From the NCBI GenBank assembly GCA_021432655.1, contig MU271462.1:1-60484 (forward strand): a DNA stretch of 60,484 bases, given 5' to 3'. The DNA comes from Atractiella rhizophila. Taxonomy: Eukaryota. Made by a program: the position numbers and the translations under genes. Shown piece by piece: positions 35,302 to 47,259 of the stretch. The notes beneath the pieces were generated by a model that saw nothing but the letters and a program-made list of their open reading frames with translations, had not been told where the DNA came from and searched no databases. The stretch's first letter is position 1, and each line of letters starts with the position of its first letter.

Positions 35302-36972
35302 CTACATCTTGACCGCATTCATCATCTGCACCTGTTCCTCCTCCGTAGATATATCGTTCAAAGCCACCGTTACACAAGGTTTATGGTGTCCCGCATACTT
35401 TGCATGAAACATTCACATCAGCATGTTGCCCATGGTCACCGATGGTGTAAGAACTCACCTGTCTCACTGTCATTCCTGTGCTTAACTCCCAAAGTCGAGC
35501 TGTATGGTCGCTTGATGCTGCATGATACCAACTCCTTAACAGGCTGCCCTTCACTCTGCATCGACTTACATGAAACAAGATACGCGCTATCCGCGCTCCA
35601 CGCCAAATCCCACACCCACCTCTGATGCCCCGTCAAGGTCTTTTCAAACCTGAACTCGATATCCTTCACGCTGTCCTTGGGCGGTGGGAAAACAGACTGT
35701 GGACCCTGTGAACCTGTGGAATAGATATTGATGGTCGCATCTGCGGATGATGTAGCCAGGTATTTGGTGTCTGGAGAGATGGAACACTTGAGTAGGTATT
35801 TTGAATGAGCGTTGAACTTGTATTTCGGGCGAAGGTCTGTGGAGGAGAGGGAGTGTAGGAGGGACCAAACGAAAACGTTCCCCTTTCGTCCACCATCATG
35901 AACTCGTAGGTAAAAAGAAACAATAAATGAGCGTGGAGAACGCACTTTGTTGTTTCCTCCTACTAGGAGAGTTGAATCGCTTGCAACAGAAACCGAACGC
36001 ATAGGCACTCCATCCTCTGGCATCTGTTCATTCGGCTCTCAGTCAACGCTGCATTCTGAAAACATGCGGCAAAAATGAGGGTGAAAGCATACCAAACTCA
36101 TGCGTGCAGACACTGCTACTAAGGTCCCATATTTTTATTGCCCCACTTTGATCACAACTAATGAGTTCTCCTATAATGGGAGAATCATCAATAATCTGGA
36201 CGCCACTCGCAGAGTAGAAAGGAGGGACAGCCTGTACCTTGATGCGACTGTAATTGGAGGTCATTCACGGACGCAGTATGCGTATAGTTCCTTTGTACAC
36301 TCGCTGACCTTCATCCCATCACGAGTCAGCTGCAATGTACTCCGGCTAACCGAAGTGATGCAGAAGACGGGAAACGTACCGAATATCCCACACTTTGATT
36401 GTGCCATCCTCTCCTCCGGAAGCAAGCCATTTCCCATCCCCATTCCAAATCAAGCAGGTAACATTTCCGGTATGACCCTCAAATGTTGCCACCTACGTAT
36501 GCCAATGTCCATTAATTATCCCCCGTTTGTACCAATGGAATAAACACGAACAGGTGAATGATGAGCACTCCCGCCTAATCCAGCAGTTGCAACATCGAAA
36601 ATCCTTACACTCGAGTTACCGGCGGCGGCGAGAAATCGTTTATCAGGTGAAATGGCGAGTTTATTCACTTGCTTCCTTCCATCCGATTAACACGAGGATA
36701 CATAGGAAGGAGGGACTCACTGATCCGCCATGATTTATAACCCGCGAGCACATGCCTGACCATGCCTCCCAAAAACGTATAGTATTGTCATAACTACTCA
36801 CAGTCGACGCAAAGGAGTGAATGAGCAAGCAGGATCAGAAGAGATGGGTAAGTTGACATAGGAGAACGAACCCGCCAGTTGCCAGTACGACGGAGAGGTT
36901 GTCAGCTTGTGGTTGGGATGCTGGAAGCGCGGTCCCTAATGGTTGGGAGACATGTCGCGAGGAAGGCGGCAT
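35302..36972 (-). CDS. LST8: TOR complex subunit LST8 (WD40 repeat)
   Basis: Spliced: SVVLATGG/YDNTIRFWEAWSGMCSR...VNRLAISPDKRFLAAA...FEGHTGNV...GEDGTIKVWDIR...VQRNY...GELISCDQSG...LATSSADAT...GHQRWVWDLAWSADSAYLVS/ASSDHTARLW...YAGHHKPCVTVALND. Confidence 0.95.
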
Positions 36973-38096
36973 AGTATGGTCTGCTCATTCGATGGTCAGC
37001 ATGCATGCCCACAAGGATCTCCTTCGTTCAGCTCGTTGGCATTCTACTTCCTGCTATGGAAATCTATGCTTCCGCTGATATGAAGAAGCGTGTGAGGTGC
37101 ATCATAACAGAATAAGGAGCCAAAAGTTGTGTCCCTCCCCATCCTTTGCAGAGCATCGAGTTAAGTGGCTCATATGAACGTGCCAAAACCACAAGTTTGT
37201 CCGATCCCAAGCTATATTCCTTATGAGAAATATTGAAAAAGCACCCATACAACCTGCAAATGTCCTTCGTTCCAGGAAAGACGTACCTGGGGCAGAATTT
37301 TGTCTTCAACGCAATTCCAGCCACTCAAGTCTGTGTAACTCCAAGCACCTTCGCGCTACAATAGTCCTGCTGAACACTCCTGCTGAATGTTTTGCCCGCT
37401 ATGCACAGCTCTTTTGGCTTCCCTCCTTGCACCCTCACAATCACAGATTGTTTCGTCGTTTCGGTTTACACCTCAACTACTCACGTGATCAAACAAATAT
37501 CATCTTATTTCCACCTTCTCTTCTTTTTCTCTTCTCAGGATCTTTCTATATCTTCAAGCATGCGCAACGATGTGCATTCTCAGTATCGGTTGGTTCTGAG
37601 CTATTTTCGTCGTAGACAAATTTGTGACTTATCATTGGGAAATGGGTATTGGGAAAAGGCTCCTTGTCATGTCCGGTAAGATAATTTCAACTTAACAAGA
37701 ACAAAGTATGTACACCGTCAAGTACTACAACCGAAATGCTTGAAGGAAGGAGAAGATTGTGAGGATCAAAGAAAATTGAGGCTCTCGGACTATACTGAGA
37801 AACAACAATCCACAAAAAATGTGCCAATGTATACTGGGAGAACAGAGAGAGAGATGAGAAACCATTCGTTGATGGTATACATGTCATGTCACGAAATAAA
37901 CAGACAAACCGAGGCAACGCAAACGCAGACCGTTATCGACTTTCCTTTGGAGAAAACGGAAACAGAAAATAAGGAACATGACGATCTGCAAGTATATTCA
38001 GATGCCATCAGAAACCTGGGTATCCACTAGTGATACAAACTTGTAGCGGAGAAAGAGAACATTAAGGAAAGGTTGGGAAGGCAAGGTATCGATGGA

Positions 38097-41000
38097 TCAA
38101 TTAACGACAGTTTTTTGACGCAATTTCCTGAGACTGTCGAGCACAGCTTCACGCTCCTCGTCAGGTATATCTTCCTCCAGGATAGCGACTTCCAGATCGT
38201 CTAGCACCCTATCCACGACAGAAACATTAAACCAGATCTTTACAAAAGAAAGGGTAAACGACGCACTGCTTGAAGATCTCCCCTTTAGTCGTCCCGAAGA
38301 AGTTCGCCAACTTCGCCGCCCTCTTCAAATTAGTACGATGGCCATCCGAACTCATGCTTCTTCGGATCTCTCCATCCCATTCGTCATCGCTGCCCTCAAA
38401 CGACAGGGACAATCTCGGAGGAGAATCCTTCCTCGATCTTGATGTCGAATGCGCTTGCGATCCATGGGCCTCGTCCGAATCGTCATCGTTGTAATGGTTG
38501 ATGAATGTGGCGAGTGCCTCCGGCTCATGATCGATTATGTGGTTGAGTGTGATGATCGATGGTCGATAAACGCTGGAAGCCACGGATGCCGGGCGTGGAG
38601 GCACAGAGAGAGCGGTATCGCTCAGGAGGCGACGATGGCTATTGAACGCTTCAGGGGGAAGTTCTCCAAACATCTGGGTCCCAGCCTAGCATGAGAGCCC
38701 ATTCTAAATCTGATGAAGAAAGAAACTTACGTGTTCCAGCTTCCGAGCCCTCCTGATGTCCGCCAATGAATCAAAATGTGGACTCAACCCTTGAGTTGCC
38801 GACCTCTCCATTTTTCCCACCTTCACCGTCTGGCTGCCAGACCACGGTCCAGTACCAACAGCCAGACTCGCCAAATCGTTCAGACTGTCCTCAGGTGGAA
38901 GAGATCCCTTGCCTTTCTTGCCAATTCCGAACGTCTTGCCGAACAAGGTGGACTTCTTGTCCTTATCCCCTTCTCTCGACGGGGTTGGCTGGCTGGCTTG
39001 TCTCGCCAGTGGACTTCCGGTCGAAGGAGAAGCGAGTAGTATTTGGGGAGAGGACGGGTCGAGAAGCGAGATGGGTACTTGTTCACCCAGGAATCGTTGA
39101 AGCTTCACCAACTTCTTTCTCCTATCCGCACGAGCCTTCGTGGGCTCATTGATGGTTTCCAACCGCGACGTGAAGTTGGTCGAGATGGAAATGCGAGAGG
39201 AGCGTGAAGCGTCGATGGTGGAGGTAGCAGAGAGATCGGTGACACCCGACATGAAGCTCAACCTCTTGTTCGGTGTATGCGGCGGACTTCCAGGCGGGAA
39301 GCTGGAGCGTCGATTCCTCAGTGGGAGGGTGAGAGCGCCCCGTTGTTCGGGCTTGATACCCATCAAGCCATGTTCCACCTCATCTTCGCCCAACGTAGCA
39401 CCAAGCAGCGCTTGAAGCTTTCGACTCCGCTTCACCAACACCATCTTCTCTTCCGGGCTGAGGAGGTTACTGGTCGGTGGTAAATTGACGATATTGAGAT
39501 CGGTGAGGTCGTTGGTGCTCAAAGACTGGAAGGGATGATTCGGTCCATCTCTGATGAGGTACGGTCCTACGTTCTTAAACTTGGCCGTGTTCGAGGACTG
39601 TCCGCTCTCAGGATATGTGAATTTCCTCCTGCTATCCAAAGACCTCCTCCCATTCCCACCGCCCGAACCGACAGCCAGACCTTCCAACTCCTCTTCCATC
39701 AATATCTCCTCCCTCGCCGACATCTTGTCAAATCCATTCCTCATACCCCCAAGGAGTGGTTGAACGCTCGCATAGGTGTGGAAGGATCGGATGGAGCCTC
39801 TGTCATCGGAGCCTTCACCAGCGACAGAAACGGTGTCATGCCTCCACAGTTGTTCCTGGGAGATACTCCGAACACTCGGCGTGCTGGAGTGAGCATGAGA
39901 ATGGTGTCCAAGCTGTCCTTTGGTTGCCTGCTTGGAGACTACATTCTGTTGTAGAGAGAATTCGGACAGTGTCCGCTTCTTGACGTACCCTCGTCTGCCA
40001 GTCGAGGAAGTCGTAGAATGTCTACGAGAGACGGAGGATTCCGACGAGAGTTCTGATGTCCGCCGCTTCAACGCTTTCTCCGCTTCAGCCGCCGTCCTCA
40101 ACAAGTTTTCCTCAATGCTTCCCTTCGCGCTCCCTACCCCATTCTCCATCCGATCCACACGCGGGTTACTCTTCCTTCTCTCCTTGGTCCCCTCCCTCTC
40201 CTCGACCTCATCCGAGCTCCTCGATCCCGATCCGGATGCAGATCCGGAATAAGAAGGTCCAAGCAACCACCTCAGCTTATCCTCCTTCTTCAAACTGGTG
40301 GTATTCGCCTCCCTCACCCTCCTCTCCATCTCTGTTTCTTTTCCCGCTTCAACCCTTCCCTCCTCCATCATCCCAACACCACCACCTCCTAGCGGCGGAG
40401 AAGGCAGAATGGAAATCTTCTTCTCTGAGAAAAAATTCCGAATCCCTTTATCCCTCCTCTCCTCCTCTGCATAGCATACCCGTCCATTAGCGTCTGTACG
40501 AATGCCCCACCGGTGGCCGAAGAAATGGGCCATGCGGTCGGCGAGGATGAAGAGGGAAGAATGGAGTCCATCGCCTAGAGAGAGGGAGAGGTGTTCGAGG
40601 ACGTCAAAATCTGGGCAGGGGAATGAGGTTGATGGAGCGACTGAGAGAAGGTCGAAGAGGGTCTTGTGCGGTGGGGGGAGAATGCGTGGGGAGGAAGCGG
40701 AGAGTGTGCATTCGAGATAGACGCCGAGTGCGTCGCAGGTTGTGTGGAGGGTTCCGAGGGAGGAGAGAGGGGAGGATGGGAGTTTGGGAAGATTGAATAT
40801 GGGTAGTGCAGCTGGAGGAGACGATGATAGATACTTTACAGATGTCAGACGTGAGAAAAGCTTAATTCAAAAAGATAGGGTAGAGAGACGTACGACGAGC
40901 TCGATAAACTTCCTCCACTCCTCCCACCCGTCTCTTCCCGCTCATCTACTCCGTTCCTGCTCGACTTCAGATACCTTACAAAGCTCATGATCTCCAACAA

Positions 41001-41690
41001 GAACAAGAGCGCGATTAAAGGACGGGGTTCGTTCCTTCGTTCCGGTTGGGATAAGAGGAGGAGCTTGACAGCGAACGAAGCGAGGTCCCCTTCCGCGTCT
41101 TCTGAAGGCGATGGCGGTTCCGCTTGTAGCTCCTTCGCGTTATTTGCGAGGGCTGTAGGAGTGGTGGGAGTGGGGGCAGTGGCAGGACGTTCCATCTGCG
41201 GAGCATGCGGTTGCAGGGATTGAGGAGTCGAAGGCTGTTCCTCCGCTCCTGGCGGTTTGAGGTCGATGAGGACTAGAGTTGGTTCATCTTCATCGGATAC
41301 TTCGAGAAAAGAGTTCCTATGCTCTTCCCTTCTCTTCACGTGTCTCTCCCTCCTCCTCTCCCGGTCCTTCTCCTCCGTTGGCGTCCGCGTGCTCCTTCGC
41401 TTCTTCAACTTCTTCCCAGTCGAATCTGTTGGCGTCGAAGGGAGGTTGCTCCTCCGCTCCTTTTCCCGTTCTTTCCCTTTATCAGCGCTTCCACCCCGTT
41501 CCATGGTCGCAGAGTTGAAAGCGATGGTGATGGCAGGACTGGACGGTTCAGGGTTAGATATCCGCCTCTCCCTCCTCAGACTGTTGGTCCCCGACCGTCG
41601 TGAAGAGGGAGAAGGATCAGGGAGGTAAGACGAGAATGGAGGAGGAGAGAAACGCTTGGTTGCCTCTGCGAGGGAGAGTGGAGATGCCAT
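38097..41690 (-). CDS. Hypothetical protein with five dispersed [RK]xxKLxx[FL][FL]G motifs
   Basis: ORFs 40845-41882 (first strong ATG 41690), 38704-40533 (open upstream to ~40835) and 38227-38673 join by GT-AG introns. The final exon ends ...LRKLRQKTVVN*. Confidence 0.65.
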
Positions 41691-42119
41691 TTTACTGCAA
41701 ATGCAAATGATTTGACTTCTGAAACGCGGATTCGTTATCGACCCGCACCACCCCAAAGACGAAAACGCACCTGGATATTCTGCTAATCTACTCGATTCTG
41801 TACTCTTTGCTGCTGCTCTGCTCCTTATCTCTGCTTGCTTGCTTCCAAGCCCAACTGTTGCAGATCTACGTAACGGTAACAAAGGAGAAGTTCAACAGCA
41901 AACGTTGTTTTGTCGTTTTGTCGCTTTGGTTCGCTGTCGCGAGATGGAAGAGAATGGGATGAGATAGATGCGAGGTGATTATATATAGCGAAATACAGGG
42001 ACACAAGGCGGTCGTTCGTCCTGCTTCGCTCGGATGTCTTTATTGCGAGACGTACAAAATGCGTACGCCTAACGCATAAGCAACCAACTTTGTTAACCTT
42101 CGCGACGCCCTTTCCTTCC

Positions 42120-44310
42120 TTACCATCTACCAGATTCTTCTCTTCTATCTTGATATCAATGTTCCATCTCATTCTTTCAGTCACCTGTGCATCCAATGCC
42201 TCAATCCATTACATTCCATGCTGGATGGATATCCCAGGGGGTTGGTGAGGTTGGTCTGAGTTGAGTTCGGCGGAAAGCCAATCTGTGCTCCACGTTGGAC
42301 AATAAAACCTTGTCAATCCATCCGCCGACCAAACGCTCCCTTTCGCTGGCCATGCAGCTTCAGCGCCTGAGTCTTCACAGCAACTCTCACGACTTGCACT
42401 GCGAATGAACCAGAATGAACAGAATGAACCATGCATCATTACCTCCGGGTCGGGAAGCAAAGAGAGCCCGAATGGATGAAGCAGTCGCTGCCTCTTCAGT
42501 TCCTCCCGCTCATCATGGATGCATCATGACACGCTGCAGCTGCTGTACACGGCATTATCACGCAGTCCTTCTTACTGCATCCTTCGATTTCTCCAGCGCT
42601 AGCCCCCTCTCAGCCAGAATTCCTGAAGGCAGCAATCATCCCACTACTGCTTCATTGCTTCATTGAACACGCTTACTGAATGCTGAATGTAAGTTCGAGG
42701 TCAAGGTTGAGTTGAGTTCAAGTTGTGGAGCGCGCTTCGACAAAGATGTAAGAACATGTTGACAGGTGAAAGGAGGCATCAGATTTGAATGTCTCCCTTC
42801 ATTCGGTATCGGATGGGATGGTGCAGTTCCGAGGCTTTATCTCGCTTCTTTCGATGTGCTGATCTCTTCTGAGACCATCGCATGGGCATTGTTGCACATT
42901 GTTCCCTTTCCAGTCGTCTGAACGGTCTCACTCATCAGTGTTGCAACTGAACACGTTACGGCAACGAGATCGATGTGGTTGATCAGACTGAATTCTTGAA
43001 AGTCAAGGTGATGCGCTGGGGTCGACACATATCATTCTGAAATCATGATCGACGATCGATCATCTTGAATACGTTGAAGCTTTCTCCATCGCTCCTCTCC
43101 CACATCGAGGACTGTGATTAACTTGGACAGCTGTGGGAAAGCCGACAGTATCGCTGAGCGAATCTCCTCAGCTGTCCGTTCCGTCTCATCTGTGCAGCTT
43201 CTAGGTGGTCTGACCTTTGTTTGTTCACGTCTCCTCCAACGTGTCTCATCAGCGGAGCCTTGCCGCGATGGTTAACTTCAACTTTCCCACTCAAACGATT
43301 ATGTCAAACTAAGCGCGTGTTCCATGTGTATGCGCAGAATACTAAAGACTTGCCCCCTTCAAGCGCTTCTGCAAAACGAAGGCCAACTATCGAGAACAAA
43401 CTCGAAGTCTCGTTTGGCAACAAAATAGATCAATGCACAGACCTCCGCCTTCAAAACTAAACCACGAAAAAAACAAATCGTCCTGCCGTGTGTGTTCCAA
43501 CTCAAACCGTGCTGATTGGCGCGTTAGCTCTTTCTTTCCGTAAAGTGGTCTGAAGTGGTGCATCAACCGGGTAAGTAGTGAGGATTTGTCAGGCGCCGAC
43601 TTCAAGTTAAAGCTCAAGTCCAACTCGTGCGTGCGGGATGACGACAGAGTCGAATGAAGTACGATGGTGAAGTACCCACGAAGAAGAGAAATTGAGTTCT
43701 TTCTTGTGAATTGGCATTTCCTTTCTCGGAACTCGAGACAGCCTCCATCCAGGTCTTTTGGAACAGACGGATGTTAATATACGTACGCTAGAGTGATACG
43801 TTCGCCGCCTGCTCTCTAAGTACTCTGCCTAGCTTCGCCCCGTCTTCCGAGACGACTCTTAGCCACTGTCACGCAGATCAGGTACAGTATCGAAATATTC
43901 TTTCCTCCGTACCCGGCCTTGTTGTCGTACATTGGTACTTTGAACACCCCAAATTACTCTACCAGCTAGATATTGTACAGTATGGAATTCATTTCGGGCG
44001 GACGCCACGATTTCGCCGTGCCTGAGGCACCAGATGCCTATATGGACCTGAATTGAGGCCAATGAGCTTAATTTTCCAGCAGGCTGGAAACCAGAACCTG
44101 CAGAATTCGTCCTGCACTCAGGATGATGGCAATAGACCTGTCCTGATCCTGAGAAGAACAGAGTCAAATTGGCCCCTGTATTTTTTACGTCCCCTGAAAC
44201 ACTCTCAAGTTTGTTGAAGGGCTCTTATACATCCACTTATACCAAAAAAGGCCATATTCTTTCACTTGCCCGACGAAAGACGATTGTCAATCGTCCATGT
44301 GCATGGGCAG
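42120..44310. repeat. Tandem duplication unit, copy 1 (~2.19 kb)
   Basis: Runs from TTACCATCTACCAGATTC to CCATGTGCATGGGCAG. Near-identical and collinear with 44312-46513. Confidence 0.97.
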
Positions 44311-44311
44311 A

Positions 44312-46513
44312 TTACCATCTACCAGATTCTTCTCTTCTATCTTGATATCAATGTTCCATCTCATTCTTTCAGTCACCTGTGCATCCAATGCCTCAATCCA
44401 TTACATTCCATGCTGGATGGATATCCCAGGGGGTTGGTGAGGTTGGTCTGAGTTGAGTTCGGCGGAAAGCCAATCTGTGCTCCACGTTGGACAATAAAAC
44501 CTTGTCAATCCATCCGCCGACCAAACGCTCCCTTTCGCTGGTCATGCAGCTTCAGCGCCTGAGTCTTCACAGCAACTCTCACGACTTGCACTGCGAATGA
44601 ACCAGAATGAACCATGCATCATTACCTCCGGGACGGGAGCAAGGAGAGCCCGAATGGATGAAGTAGTCGCTGCCTCTTCAAGTTCCTCCCGCTCATCATG
44701 GATGCATCATGACACGATGCAGCTGCTGTACACGGCATTATCACGCAGTCCTTCTTACTGCATCCTTCGATTTCTCCAGCGCTAGCTCCCTCTCAGCCAG
44801 AGTTCCTGAAGGCAGCAATCATCCCACTACTGCTTCATTGCTTCATTGAACACGCTTACTGAATGTAAGTTCGAGGTCAAGGTTGAGTTGAGTTCAAGTT
44901 GTGGAGCGCGCTTCGACAAAGATGTAAGAACATGTTGACAGGTGAAAGGAGGCATCAGATTTGAATGTCTCCTTCATTCGGTATCGGATGGGATGGTGCA
45001 GGGCGTCCTTCCGAGGCTTTATCTCGCTTCTTTCGATGTGCTGATCTCTTCTGAGACCATCGCATGGGCATTGTTGTACATTGTTCCCTTTCAAGTCGTC
45101 TGAACGGTCTCGCTCATCAGTGTTGCAACTGAACACGTTACAGCAACGAGATCGATGTGATTGATCAGACTGAATTCTTGAAAGTCAAGGTGATGCGCTG
45201 GGGTCGATACATATCATTCTGAAATCATGATCGACGATCGATCATCTTGAATACGTTGAAGCTTTCTCCATCGCTCCTCTCCCACATCGAGGACTGTGAT
45301 TAACTTGGACAGCTGTGGGAAAGCCGACAGGATCGCTGAGCGAATCTCCTCAGCTGTCCGTTCCGTCTCATCTGTGCAACTTCTAGGTGGTCTGACCTTG
45401 GTTTGTTCACGTCTCCTCCAACATGTCTGAGCAGCGGAGCCTTGCCGCGATGGTTAACTTCAACTTTCCCACTCAAACGATTATGTCAAACTAAGCGCGT
45501 GTTCCATGTGTATGCGCAGAATACTAAAGACTTGCCCCCTTCAAGCGCTTCTGCAAAACGAAGGCCAACTATCGAGAACAAACTCGAAGTCTCGTTTGGC
45601 AACAAAATAGATCAATGCACAGACCTCCGCCTTCAAAACTAAACCACGAAAACAGATCGTCCTGCCGTGTGTGTTCCAACTCAAACCGTGCTGATTGGCA
45701 CGTTAGCTCTTTCTTTCCGTAAAGTGGTCTGAAGTGGTGCATCAACCGGGTAAGTAGTGAGGATTTGTCAGGCGAGGAATGTCATGGACAGAAAATGGCG
45801 CCGACTTCAAGTTAAAGCTCAAGTCCAACTCGTACGTGCGGGATGACGACAGATGCGAACGAAATACGATGGTTAAGTACCCACGAAGAAGAGAAATTGT
45901 GTTCTTTCTTGTGAATTGGCATTTCCTTTCTCGGAACTCGAGACAGCCTCCATCCAGGTCTTTTGGAACAGACGGATGTTAATATACGTACGCTAGAGTG
46001 ATACGGTCGCCGTTGCTCTCTAAGTACTCTGCCTAGCTTCGCCCCGTCTTCCGAGACGACTCTTAGCCACTGTCACGCAGATCAGGTACAGTATCGAAAT
46101 ATTCTTTCCTCCGTACCCGGCCTTGTTGTCGTACATTGGTACTTTGAACACCCCAAATTACTCTACCAGCTAGATATTGTACAGTATGGAATTCATTTCG
46201 GGCGGACGCCACGATTTCGCCGTGCCTGAGGCACCAGATGCCTATATGGACCTGAATTGAGGCCAATGAGCTTAATTTTCCAGCAGGCTGGAAACCAGAA
46301 CCTGCAGAATTCGTCCTGCACTCAGGATGATGGCATTAGACCTGTCCTGATGCTGAGAAGAAGGGAGTCAAATTGGCCCTGTATTTTTTACGTCCCCTGA
46401 AACACTCTCAAGTTTGTTGAAGGGCTCTTATACATCCACTTATACCAAAAAAGGCCATATTCTTTCACTTGCCCGACGAAAGACGATTGTCAATCGTCCA
46501 TGTGCATGGGCAG
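44312..46513. repeat. Tandem duplication unit, copy 2 (~2.20 kb)
   Basis: Same start and end strings as copy 1, separated from it by a single A (44311). Scattered substitutions and small indels. The ORF track shows duplicated peptides (43221/45403, 43859/46063). Confidence 0.97.
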
Positions 46514-47259
46514 GAAGCGCTATGCCATACATCCTCTCTACCCTAAGACTAAACCCTTTCGAGAAAATTACCGAAGATGATGACAGCCATGGGATGAAGT
46601 AGAAAACTCTTTTCGAGTGCTTCAGGTCACCGGTTCAAAGGCACTTGAGACACCTTCACTCACGTGCATCACTCTCCTTGCATTCTTCATTCAAGGGACC
46701 AGCGTGAATGATTCTGTTGGAAATGAACTCGCTTGTGCACAAGTAGATGGTTTACGGGATGTCATTCCCTTTTTCCTGTACCATCAACTTGAAGTTGGGT
46801 ATTGTGCTACAATATGAACCGCATCGAAGAAACAGTATCTGCTCCCTTGATTCTAGATGTTTGATATCCAATAAAGTCTCAAAGTAAGGGTCAGCAAAGC
46901 GGCGTAAAGGACATAGAAAAGAGTACACAGTCGCAGAGACTGAGATCAACCTATGGAATCACGTGACTGCTGATGGTTGACGCCAGATGCCGCTTCCCAA
47001 ACTTCGAACATCGACGAACGACCTTTGCAAAGTGTCCCTCAAAAGAGCAGCCTTCCCAACGTCCCACTTGCGTCTGCAGAATCGACAGTTTACGTTCCTC
47101 AGAACAAATTTTTCGCTATTACTACGATCCGACTTGTCCCGTTCACAAAGCAGAAATTGTCGACGTTACAATTGAACACCAGTATTTCGCCCTCCGTAAC
47201 TAAAACATTTTCGGAATTTCAGCGTACATTGATCAGCCTCATAGCTGTCTTGGAAAGAG

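Noticed and set aside
37064..38030. Short ORFs between LST8 and the next gene
   Set aside because: AT-richer intergenic sequence with no recognisable product.
42120..46513. Interpretation as the two LTRs of a retrotransposon
   Set aside because: The units abut with no internal region, lack TG...CA ends, and show no PBS, PPT or TSD.
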